Assembly (NCBI RefSeq): GCF_009914755.1
Contig: NC_060934.1
Strand: one strand, 5' to 3'
Length of the DNA stretch: 64,000 nt
DNA from: the human T2T-CHM13v2.0 reference genome, Homo sapiens
Every line of letters starts with the position of its first letter. Within the stretch, counting starts at the first letter, position 1. The position numbers and the translations under genes were made by a program. The notes below the pieces were generated by a model. That model was not told where the DNA came from and did no database searches. It worked only from the letters and a program-made list of their open reading frames with translations. Shown here piece after piece: positions 33,858 to 45,992 of this stretch.

Positions 33858-36192
33858 TGTATTAGTCTGTTTTCACACTGCTTTAAAGATACTAAAAATA
33901 CCACAGACTAGGTAATTTCTAAAGCAAAAAGGTTTAATTGACTCACAGTTCCACATAGCTGGGGAAGCCTCAGGAAACTTACAATTATGGTAGAAGGGGA
34001 AGAGGCACATCTTACATGGCGGCAGGCAAGGGAGAACGAGCAACAGCAGGGAAAACTGCCTTATAAAACCATTGGATATTGTGAGAACTCACTTACTATT
34101 ATGAGGGCAGCATGAGGGAAACTGCCCCAATGATCCAATCACCTTGCTCTTTGTCCCTCCCTTGACATGTGGGGATTATGGGGATTACAATTTGAGATGA
34201 GATTTGGGTAGGAACACATGATTATGTTTTGAAATGTGAGAATGTGAGAATTGGGAGAGGCCATGGGCGGGATGATATGGTTTTGAAATCCTCACATTTC
34301 AATCATGCCTTTCCAGCAGTCTCCCAAAGTCGTAACAATGTAGACTTTTGGCATTAACCCAAAGTCTACATTCCAAAGTCTCATCTGAAACAAGGCAAGT
34401 CCTTTCCACCTGTGAGCCAGTAAAATAAAAAACAAGTTAGTTCCCTCCAAGATACAATGGTATTACAGGCATTGGATAAATACACCTGTTCCAAGTGGGA
34501 TAAATTTTCCAAACTTATATGCTCTCCTTCCTTTTTAAACATAAGTTCCAATTTTGGATCAAAACAAAAAGGCTACAGGCTCCATGCAAGTCCAAAAATC
34601 CAGTGGGGCAGTCATTACATCCTAAAGCTCTAAAATAATCGCCTTTGACTTCATGTCTCACATCCAGGTCATGCTGATGCAAGGGGTGGGCTCCCACAGT
34701 CTGGGGAAGCTCTGCCCCAGTGGCTTTGCAGGGTATAGCCTTTCTCCTGGCTGCTTTCACAGGCTGGCATTGAGCATCTGTGGCTTTTCCAGGTGGACAG
34801 TGCAAGCTGTCAGTGGATCTACCATTCTGGGGTCTGGAGGATGGTGGTCCTCTTCTCACAGCTCTACTAGACAGTGCCCCAGTGGAGATTTTGTTTGGGG
34901 GCTCTGACCCCACATTTCCCTTCCACACTGTCCTAACAGAGGGAGGATTCACCCCTGCAGCGAACTTCTGCCTGGACATCCAGACATCTCCATACATCCT
35001 GTCAAATCTAGGCAGAAGTTCCCAAACCTTAATTCTTGACTTCTGTGCATACACAGGCCCAACACCACATATAAGCCATGAGGGTTTGGAGCTTATACCC
35101 TCTGAAGAAATGGGCTGAACTATATGTTGGCTTCTTTTAGCCATGGCTAGGAACAAGGGCACCAAGTCTTGAGACAGCACAAAGCAGCAAGTCCCTGTGC
35201 ACAGCCCACAAAACCATTTTTTCCTTCAAGGCCTCTGGGCTTATGATGTGAGGGGCCGCTGTGAAGACCTCTGACATGCCCTGGAGACATTTTCCTCATT
35301 TTCTTGGCTATTAACATTCAGCTCCTCATTACTTATGCAAATGTCTGCAGCCAGCTTAAATTTTTCCCTAGGAAATGAGTTTTTCTTTACATCGCATACT
35401 CAGGCTGTAAATTTTCCAAAATTATATGCTCTCCTTCCTTTTTAAACGTTAAATTCCAATTTCAGATCATCTCTCTCAAGTTCAGAGTTCCACAGATCTC
35501 TAGGGCAGGGGCAAAATGCCACCAGTGTCTTTGCTAAAACATAGCAAGAGTGACCTTTGTTCCTGTTCCCAATACGTTCCTCATCTCCATCTGAGACCAC
35601 CTCAGACTGAATTTCATTGTCCATATAACTATCAGCATTGTGACCAAAACCATTCAGCAAGGCTCTAGGAATTTCCAAACTATCCCACACCTCCCTATCT
35701 TCTTCTGAGCTTTCCAAATTTTTCCACCCTCTGCCTGTTACCCAGTTCCAGAGTCACTTCCAGTTCTCAGGTATCTTATAGCAATGCCCCAGTACCTTGG
35801 TACCAATTTACTGTATTAGTCCATTTTCACACTGCTATAAAGAAATACCTGAGACTGGGTAATTTATAAAGCAAAGAGGTTTAATTGACTCACAGTTCCA
35901 CATGGCTGGGGAGGCCTCAGAAAACTTACAATCATGGCAGAAGGTAAAGGGGAAGCAAGGACCTTCTTCATATGGTGGCAGGAGAGAGATGCGTGAGTGT
36001 GGGAAAGGCCAGATGCTTATAAAACCACCAGATCTCATGAGAACTCACTCACTATCATGAGAACCGCATGAGGGAAATCGCCCTCATGACCCATTCACCT
36101 CCCACCTTGTCCCTCCCTCGCCATGTGGGGATTATGGGCATTATAATTTGAGATGAGATGAGATTTGAGTGAGGCACAAATCTACCATATTA
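33858..36192 (-). mobile_element. Complete THE1D/MST-type MaLR element (LTR-int-LTR)
   Basis: LTRs at 33858-~34218 and 35812-36192, internal region between them, perfect 5-bp TSD ATATC (33853-33857, 36193-36197). Confidence 0.95.
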
Positions 36193-36756
36193 ATATCATA
36201 AATAATTATACAAATATAAATTTATATGTTACTTCATAGGAGAAAACTGCAAAGTTCTTACAGTTACCCATAAATCCACTAGGTATGACTTAGCTCATGC
36301 AACTAATTAAACTTGGGACTGAATAGTGTGTGAAGTAATCACATTTAAAAGATGTGTATAAAGGTTAGTTCTATAGCTCAGATGTGGACTCTTTCTCTTA
36401 CTGGACCAACTGTTTTTCACATGATATAGTTTACCAAGTGAAAAAGCTCTGTGATTCAATTTTGATTTAATATCTGACCATGTGTCATGTATACTTCAAA
36501 ATAAAGTTGCACTTTGCTATCATTCTCCACAAATGATACATTCTTCTCCAAATTATACAACTATGGTATAATGTTAAAGATCCATTTCTTGCAAAAGAAC
36601 ATCATGTAATACCAGGTACATGTGTATGAGAAGTAGCTAAAAGAATCATTATCAAATAAGAATAAATTTTCTATATCTTTGTTGAAGTCTTTATTTTTTT
36701 CTTTGAATTCAAAAGATGATATGCTAACACATAAGCATTCAAATACACATAAATCG

Positions 36757-36871
36757 CACACACACACACACACACACACACTACCTTTACATGAACAAAA
36801 TTGTAACTTGGGTTTTCAATTCCAATATTAAAGAGGTATCTGGTGTTGTTGTCGTTGTTGTTGTTGTTGTT
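36757..36871. repeat. (CA)n and (GTT)n microsatellites
   Basis: 36757-36781 and 36843-36871. Confidence 0.9.
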
Positions 36872-37739
36872 TAATCTCGGAAAACAAACTGTGGAGATGT
36901 ATTGGTTTGCCAAAAATATCTGTATGGTTTAAGAAAGGAAATAGGTAGGAAATGTAGACCTGGGAATGAGTGACATTTGCAGATTATGCAAAGACCCACA
37001 ACATGCATTTTAAAGGAAATTTACGTGAGTGGGATGAGAGGAGGGAAAGTAAAAAGTTAATGGCAGCTTTTTGGCAAAACAAGAAATCTTGAAGAATTTT
37101 CTTTGCTTCCTTTTTTGCCTTTAATGAAAACCAAGGGCAATTAAGGAAGACGTGTAAAGTCAGCATTTAAACTGTAAAATCAATGTTCTGTGCTCTAAAA
37201 CTGGCTTCACTTTTTCTCGTATACAAGATATTTGGTAACATCTATTAGCTTTACTTTCTTCCTTCACATGACCTGTAAAATGGTGCTTAAAAAGAGATGC
37301 TACATCACGAGGTGGCTGTGATGATTGTGAGTGATCACACATACGAAGCATATCACGGAGTTGATACATAGTAAGGATTTGAACTTTGTTATTTATGATT
37401 ATTTTGCTATCAATATCAGTTCTAACTCGATAGGTCCAAAAAGTGAAGGAAAAAAAAAAGGAAAAGAAAGTATACTACCAAACATGGGGGAGCCATACTA
37501 CTCATAACAAATGTAACCTAGTTTTCATGTCATTTTCTATAACATACACTTATTTCTCTAATCTGAGTGAATCTTCATACACTTTCCTTTATTAGAAGGT
37601 CTCCTCCCTCATCACATTGCTAAATCATAGGTCAAATTAGAATTATCTGTGAAGCTCAGTTTAGCATCTAACTTGTAGAACTTCATCCAGTTTCCCCAGA
37701 TAAAAACATAATGCCAAATTAGTGATTTTACCAGTGATA

Positions 37740-37915
37740 GTAATAAGCATAGGAACCGATAAATTTTACTAAGCACATATTATTTGCTGGGCATTTTTGT
37801 AAGCAATTTATATACATTTTCTCCTTCAATCTTCACAGCAACATTATTTTACAGCATGAATGCAGAAACTGAGGCACAGAGAGGTAAACAAATTTGCTAA
37901 AGGCAGCATAGCTAA
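37740..37915 (-). mobile_element. MIR SINE
   Basis: gaaactgaggcacagagaggtaaacaaatttgctaaagg. Confidence 0.75.
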
Positions 37916-38379
37916 ATTCTCTTTCTAAATTTCCACATTATTTTATATATACTCTCTTAATGAGCTTTTTCTTCCTTCTTACTTTTCTTTTTTATTGCTG
38001 CAAATACGTTTGACCTACTCAATTTGAGGTACTTAATTAAAAGTTGTTTTTGCAATTCTGGATTAGTTTGAATTTCTATGCCTAATAAATGTGAATCAAA
38101 GACATTTATTCATTTTGAATCATTTGCTGTAGAAGAGACTAATCAGATATATACAGAACCTTGCCCAAACTGCAAAGCAAACATGAGTATGATCAGTCCC
38201 TGATGGATTAAAATAATTGGTGACTTTGTTATCTGCCTAGTAAGGTTGACCTATATGTGGAAAAACAAGAAGTTATCCAGAGGCTAATTATAGACTTTTT
38301 CATATACATTGTCAAGTGCTTAAGTTTTAAAACACCAAGTATTTCAAAAGACACGCTCAATTTTTTAAGGAAATCAACT

Positions 38380-40290
38380 GACAAATTGACAACAGAAATA
38401 AATCCAAAATTGACTGAGACTCATTGAAGTTACTAAAGAAGGGTTTTAAAACTGTTATGATAAGTTTTATAAGATGATAGAGGAGAAGATGGAGAAAATT
38501 ATAGACAAAACAGAGAATTTCACCAAATGATTAGAATTCACTAAGAACATTCAGCTGAATATTTTAAACTGAAAAATAAAAATAATTTAGATTAGGAACC
38601 TCAAAATAAATAGCAGAATATTAGACACAACAGAGAAGAGAATTAGCAAACTTGAAGACAAAAGAAAATATACAGTCTGAGAACAGAATTTAGAAAAGGG
38701 GAGAAAAATACAGAAAAAAAAATAAAAGAGCCACATAAAGCAAAGAACAAATTGAAATGATTTATTGTACATGTAATTGGAGTCCTAGAAAGAGAGGTGA
38801 AAAAAATGGAGTAGAAGCAAAATATGAAGGCATAATTGCCAAGAATTGTCTAAAGCAAATAAAAAGAATTACCAAGAAGTCCTATAAATCCCAAATAAAA
38901 CAAAGCCACACTAGGCCATGTCATAGAAAAAAGTTCACCACAAAAGACACAAGAAAGATAAGAGCAGCTAAAAAAAATGAAAAAATGTATTTCAAAGGAA
39001 CAACAATAAGAATAATAGCTTCAAGTTTTCACTGAAGCATAAAGAGAGAAAACCTTTCACACTTCACTTTATGGATCCAGCATGACCTACAAACCAAAAC
39101 CTAACCAGGATATCACAAGAAAGAAAAATTACAGACAAAACTTCTATGCACATAAATGCAAAAATGATAAACAGATTATTGGAAAACCCGATCTGATATT
39201 GTATAAATGGAACACAATATTATGATAATTGTGGTTTATTTCCTAAAATAAAAGGTTGGTTCAACATGAGAAAATCTATTAATATGTTTACCATATAATG
39301 AGGAAAAATGAGAAAAACTAAGAATGCTCATATTAAAAGATACAGTAAACATTGACAGGAATCATGTATGCCTTAATATGGGCAGAGATTCCTGCATATA
39401 TAGATAGTATAGATTTGCACATGTGAGTTAGTAGACATTCCTACTGTATCTTTTGCTCTGTCAGCTAGGAGGGCATAGAAGCAATGACACCACAGTAGCA
39501 ATAAGCATGTCTAGCACCTAGATCTTATTTTCCAATACAATTCTCCAATAAAAGGAAGCAGGCTCTTGGGAGATATGGATGATTCTAAGACTGGGAATAA
39601 AATATGGAAAATAAGCCTGAATAGTGTTTTAGTGTCTAAGAGTAAGAAAGCATTCAGGAAAAAGTAAGAAAGGGTTCAGAAAATACATCAGTGGGAATAT
39701 GTCAGACATAGATGCCAACTCTACTGCAGTTGTCAAAGCTGAAACAATCTGAGTAACAAAATAAATAATGTAATGTTGAATATACCCATAGCATGAAAGA
39801 ACTTTCTCCTTTCTTTCATACAAATGTAAATAAATGATCAAATACATAAATAGGAGAGAATAGATAATTTTCTCATACAGAAGAATGTTAAAAGATTTAT
39901 GTAGATATTGCTCCTTTAATAGATGAAACAAAACTTGCCACTCTAAGTGTGGACTACATGCAGTGACTTTCTTGCAAGTGTTCAGTATGAAAATGTGGGA
40001 AAAGAAAAACTTTTGTAGTAGAAAATTCTGACAAACATTACCTCAGCCAGGTAGTCAAAGTCAACATCAACAGTGATAAGCCATGTACCATTGACATGAT
40101 ATGCTTAGAATGGCACTTCACTTCCATGGTCTTCCTCTTTTTGGAAGAAACTTCTGGATTGTTGCTAATGTTCTATTTCTTAATCTGAATACTGATTATG
40201 TATGGATGTTCACTTTGTGAAAATTTAGTGAGCTGTACAGTAATTATTTGTAAACTTTTCTGCACATATGTTATATTTAGTATAATTTCT
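38380..40290 (+). mobile_element. Fragmented old L1 (L1MD/ME-like ORF1, ORF2 and 3' UTR pieces)
   Basis: agaagagaattagcaaacttgaagac, gtaattggagtcctagaa, agaagcaatgacacc..cagtagcaat, ttacctcagccaggt..tcaaagtcaacatcaacagtgataag. Confidence 0.7.
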
Positions 40291-40661
40291 AAAATGTAGT
40301 TGTCCAAATTAATGTACAAATGTTTTATTCTTTCTAACAATAGCTGCCTATAACTAGCAAATACTAGAAGCCTGATACCAAGTACTTTGCCTTGTATCAA
40401 GGACAAATTGGTAGAAAAAGCTTAGAAATGATTTTGTCAAAAACCAAATACTTATTCAACATATTAAGCCTATGTATTGATTGAAATTATCTATGGAATT
40501 TCTTTTTTTTAAACGTGAGTTTCCATGGGTTTTGTTTCTTTGTTTGTTACCAATCACTTAATTTTCCTACAAAGTGCAACATAAAATAGAAATATGCCAG
40601 TAAGAGTTAGTTATTTCTTCATTGAAAATATGCTAATTTACAGAAAACATTTTTTTGATCT

Positions 40662-41203
40662 TGTATTAGCTATCCATTGTTGTATAGTAAATTACTATAA
40701 GCTCAGAGACTTTAAAACCAACATACACATTTATTATCTCTCAGTTTCTGTGGCTCAGGAATTAGGGCTCAGCTTACCTGAGTTATCTGACTCAGAATCA
40801 CTCCCAAAGCTACAATCATTATATGAACTAAGGCTGCATCTCAAAGCTAGACTATGGAAAGATTTGCTTTCAAGAGTACAAGGTTACTGGCAGAATTCGG
40901 TTCTTTTAGGGCCCTTAGACTGAGGGCGCTATTTCCTAGCTGCCTGTTGGCTGGAGATTGCCTTCAGTTTCTTAGCCTGTGGGTATCCCAAAATGACAAC
41001 TTGGCTCTTCAAAGACAGCAATTGAGAGATTCTGCTACCAAGAAGGAACTTATGTGAATTTTATGTGACCTATTCAGAGAAGTGACGTTTCGTAGCCTTT
41101 GCTGTATTCCATTATTTTAAAGCAAGTCACAGTGAATGAGAGAGGATTACACAAGCGCATGTATACCAGGAAGTTGAGACAATGTTAAGGTTTGTCTACC
41201 ACA
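40662..41203 (-). mobile_element. MLT1 (MLT1F/G-like) LTR
   Basis: tgtattag...catttattatctctcagtttctgtgg...ctaccaca. Confidence 0.8.
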
Positions 41204-41278
41204 GAACAAAAAAGAAGAAGAAAAAGAAAGAAGAAAAAAGGAAGAAGAAAGAAGAGGAAGAAGGAGGAGGAGGAGGAG

Positions 41279-41311
<33 letters not shown>
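41204..41311. repeat. (GAA)/(GAG)n purine trinucleotide tract
   Basis: Read directly from the sequence. Confidence 0.95.
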
Positions 41312-41312
<1 letters not shown>

Positions 41313-43062
41313 TTAAAATCAATAATGGAAGATGAGCAAATGCCAAAAATATTGCTGATAAATTTCTGTGCAAAGCTAAATTTCTTTATCTTACTTTATC
41401 TACCATTGTGAAGGTATGACCTCAATATATTTTCATGGAACAAGGTATTTAATTGTTTAGACCCTGGGCATACAGATTAGTTATCTCTGGCTTCAATTTA
41501 CCACATATACCTTTACCTTGTATTATACAGACATAGCCAAAGGGTAAACATTAAGAGCAACTCAGATTACAGAGAGTTGTCAGCTAGACCAGTTGAGTTG
41601 CATTCCACTCTAGAAGCACAAGCATAAACAGTTTCTGTATAGACATTCATGATTTTTGAGCTCAGCAGTCAGTTAAAATATCAACCAGATGTCAAAATAC
41701 ATCACCAAACAATATTTTTATCCTACATCTTCTAGTTCCATAAGGATGAATCATTCAAAGCAGAAAATATACATTTTAACACTAAATACTGAAGCTAGTT
41801 GTGAAATTGAGGTAAGAAATATGTTAAGATAACATAAAAACAATGTTTTTGTTATCAATAATCTTACCTACTTTATTATTTGAGATCTTTGGAGTGTTTC
41901 CAACCTTGATTTGTGTACCTGCTGTTGTTTTCAAGAATTACTGAACTCTAATAATTTTCACTAGAGAGAGCTTCTTGGGGCCTGCTTTTCCTTTTAGGAA
42001 TATCATCTTTTCTGCATATTCCCAAGCTATAATTTGTGAGCCAAGCTTTAATATGCTACATGTTTCAAATATATTATAATTTTATATGGAGACGGACAAA
42101 GAGAACAAAATAATTAACACACAACGTATTACCCATTTGTTTTAATAGTTTCACTCATGATTGGAGTCACACATGATGGTTAAAATATCTGTTGATGCAT
42201 AGTAGGCTTTTGCAATTTTGCTTAAGTATCACTGTCCTCAATTCAAATGCTTTTCTCTTTTTAATGTATTTTTAAGATGTCCATTCTGTAAAATTCTGTA
42301 ATTTTCATAGTAAAATATCATGTCCACCTCCAGCTTAATAAATTGTTAAAAGATATGATTCTATTCTTAATTGGCAAACTGGAATAGATAATAATTCCAG
42401 CTATTTGATACAGACTCTAAATTCAAACTCTGGATTGCTTAACAAGTTTAGGTCAGGGAGTACATTCTAATAAAAGGATTATCTGAAATGGGATGCACTC
42501 CCTGTTTCTCTGCAGGTAGTTTAAAATCTATTCTTGTCTGATATAAGACCATGATAACTGTGTTTTTTAGGAGATTGTTTAGCTAGTGTGTTTATTTGGC
42601 TTTAAGGAAAGAAGATTTATTGTATTAACAAAGAGATACTGTGAAGGTTGTTATGGCAAATAGCCCTTCAACTCTGTCTTCTGTATATGTGGTAAGCATG
42701 TCATTCACAATACATTCCATAGCATCCTATAAGACATTAGAGAAAAGGTTTTTTCAGATATTAATAAGAGGATAGTTTTGCTTCTTGTGAGCAAATGTTT
42801 TTATTTTATGGACACTGACTGGATCCTCTAATTAATCATGTTTTCTACTTTTCCTTCTGGGAAATATAGCATGCAAAGGTAACACATATTAGTAAGTTAC
42901 ATGACTCTCTGACCTAGGCCCTGTATATAAAATCTAATACTATTTTCATGTGCTTTTTCTATTCTCACTGGTTGGTCACCAGTTTTTCTATTTTCCATTG
43001 TTCCTCTTTCCCCATCTGCCTCTGAGTGTGTATATTTAAATCCCAAGTTCTTTAAGAGGGAT

Positions 43063-43653
<591 letters not shown>

Positions 43654-44584
43654 TTACATTACACTTCTGAGCAGCATGGTTAAAGATGTATTTGCTGACA
43701 TTTTGAATTTTATGAATATAGAAAATTAGGAGTAATGACAATTATTAGAGTGATTCAACCTTACTGCTGCCATAACTAAAATAAATTTAAAAGTTTTGTA
43801 CATTACTTGTGAATATCTCCAAATGAAAAGACTAATCTGTGCTTAAGATATGGTTTAATTACCTTTTAACTCACCTCCTATGTAACTTTTCAGACATCAA
43901 ATATATTACATAATAAATTGTTTACATATCAGTTGCCCTGGTCACCTTATTTTTGAGATCTAAAAACTTATAATATCTATATTTTTATTTAAGTTCCTAA
44001 TATAATGCTTGATTTAATGAAATAAAAAAAGATGAAAAATGAATAAAGGACTGTTACTGACATTACATAAACCTGGATAGAGTTATAGTGGTCATTTTTT
44101 CTAGTGGCTAAATTGCAATTAATTACAAAACCTAATTAAATATGTGTTTGTTGGTAATATAGAGCACTGTTCTCACAAACAAAACTTTATAAACTTAACT
44201 TTTATAAAACTAAATGGAAATATAAACTGGTTAATATTATCAAAATGTCCAGAAACAGAACATAAAGCATAAAACTAATAAACAATCTGATTGAACCTAA
44301 ACTTAAAGGAAAAGTATTCAGTTTTGGATATAAGTGTACAAATTTCATATCGAGACCATGCTGCATATAGATTGGAGAATCTATATTTTATTTTAATATA
44401 TCTAATATCTATGTGGACTTTTTGTATGAGAAGCAGTGGGAGCTGTTATTATGTATTGGCTTTTTAAAAATAAAAGCAAGCCTTTTTGCAACTATTTTTC
44501 ATCACAGAAATTATGTTAATTTTACATTTTAAATAGAATTAAGCACCATTTGGAGATATACTACAGTTACTAAACTCTCTTTCT

Positions 44585-44625
44585 GTGTGTGTGTGTGTAT
44601 GTATATATATATATGTATATATACA
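44585..44625. repeat. (TG)n(TA)n microsatellite
   Basis: Read directly from the sequence. Confidence 0.9.
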
Positions 44626-45160
44626 CAAAATGAATTTTATATTAGTAAGAAGAGCAAGGTCAGACTGTAGGCTGATCTATGGAAACAGATGGGTTTTCTT
44701 TTCTTACGCTAAGGCTAAGATCCTATTGAAGACAAAAATAAATGATTTGCCGGTGAACGAGGAAATCTCAAAGAGAGAATACTGTAAGCTAGCTGACTCA
44801 TGATTAAATTATTGTGGCTACTTGATGACCTGCTGATTTGCCATGTCAAACTTCACAAATTCCAAATGACTTTCTTCTTTTCACATTCAAATATTTCTCT
44901 CCAAATAAAGGAGACTTCCACAGGGGGGTGATGGGATTAAAATTAAAAAGAGAATATCAATTTGTTGTGTTGTTGGATCAGAGAAAACAATTATTTTTCA
45001 CATATCTACATATAAAAATCCTGATACCTAATCTCATTAAAACTCCCTTAGTTTCAAAGGCATCAAGTTGTGCACTAAAGATAAAGATAAATTTCTAGAT
45101 TTCTTATTGTGTTTTTTTGAGACAAATTTTAAAATAAATAGAAATGCAAAGTTGGCTTAT

Positions 45161-45992
45161 TGTTTTGAGAATCCCAAGTCAACTGAGGTTCCAGCACCAG
45201 AACAGCTAGCAACCTTGCCCCAAAGGGAAATGAAGGGGAGTTGGGCTAGTGTATTTACAGGGTGCCTTTCATGGAATACTTCTTTACCTGGCAGATGGCC
45301 TAATGCCTAGTTGTTTCACCCATGACCGGGGATCCCTCACGTGGGAAACTTGTTTAATACTGGCAGATGCCCTGGTGGCTCTTGTCTAATTCATGTCTAA
45401 TGTATGCTTCCCTGACCATTACCCCGGTGCTGGCATCCCAAAATTGTGACTCCCATGCTACCCCACTCCACCCTCCTTATTCCAGAAAACCAGGCCTGGG
45501 GCAACCCCTAGTTTTTCGGAAGGAAGGAGCAAATTTACTACACTACCACAATATAAAAAAAAAAAAAAGGAACCTCAAAGGTTTTTACTTACAGATCCAG
45601 GGCAAAGAAGGCATAATGAGTCAGATGAGTCGAAACACTCCTTCATCCTGGGTTCACTGGAGGCAGGAATCAAGAGTAAGGCAGAGATAGTGAGCACATG
45701 ACTACCAGTAGTACATTTAAGGGAATAGGGTGTATGTCACTCTAAGCTCACAGGCAATTGCCTGAATAGTCCATTTAAAAGAAACAGTGGGAAAGTGGGG
45801 AGCCCAGTCTGCATGACAAAGAGATGCCTGTAAATTCCTATCTCTGGCTACCGGCTTGAGCCAGTTGGATGGATATGGTGTAGAACTAGAAACTGAATCA
45901 AGGTTGACTGAGCCCTGCTTCTGGTATGAGAAAGTTAAACTTGTATTCAAAATGGATGCCAAAGCAACATAAAATTATGAGAATTCACTGCA
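45161..45992 (-). mobile_element. ERVL solo LTR (MER54-like)
   Basis: TG...CA ends, 5-bp TSD CTTAT/GTTAT; minus strand starts tgcagtgaattctcataattttatgttgc. Confidence 0.75.

Noticed and set aside
34515-35180. 221-aa ORF with a paralogous ORF at 61637-61990
   Set aside because: Both are remnants of the THE1 internal region; the similarity reflects repeat homology.
41736-41811. Possible 76-nt exon (tcttctag| ... gag|gtaaga)
   Set aside because: Splice-like motifs occur by chance in 64 kb; no coding signal or partner exons can be supported.
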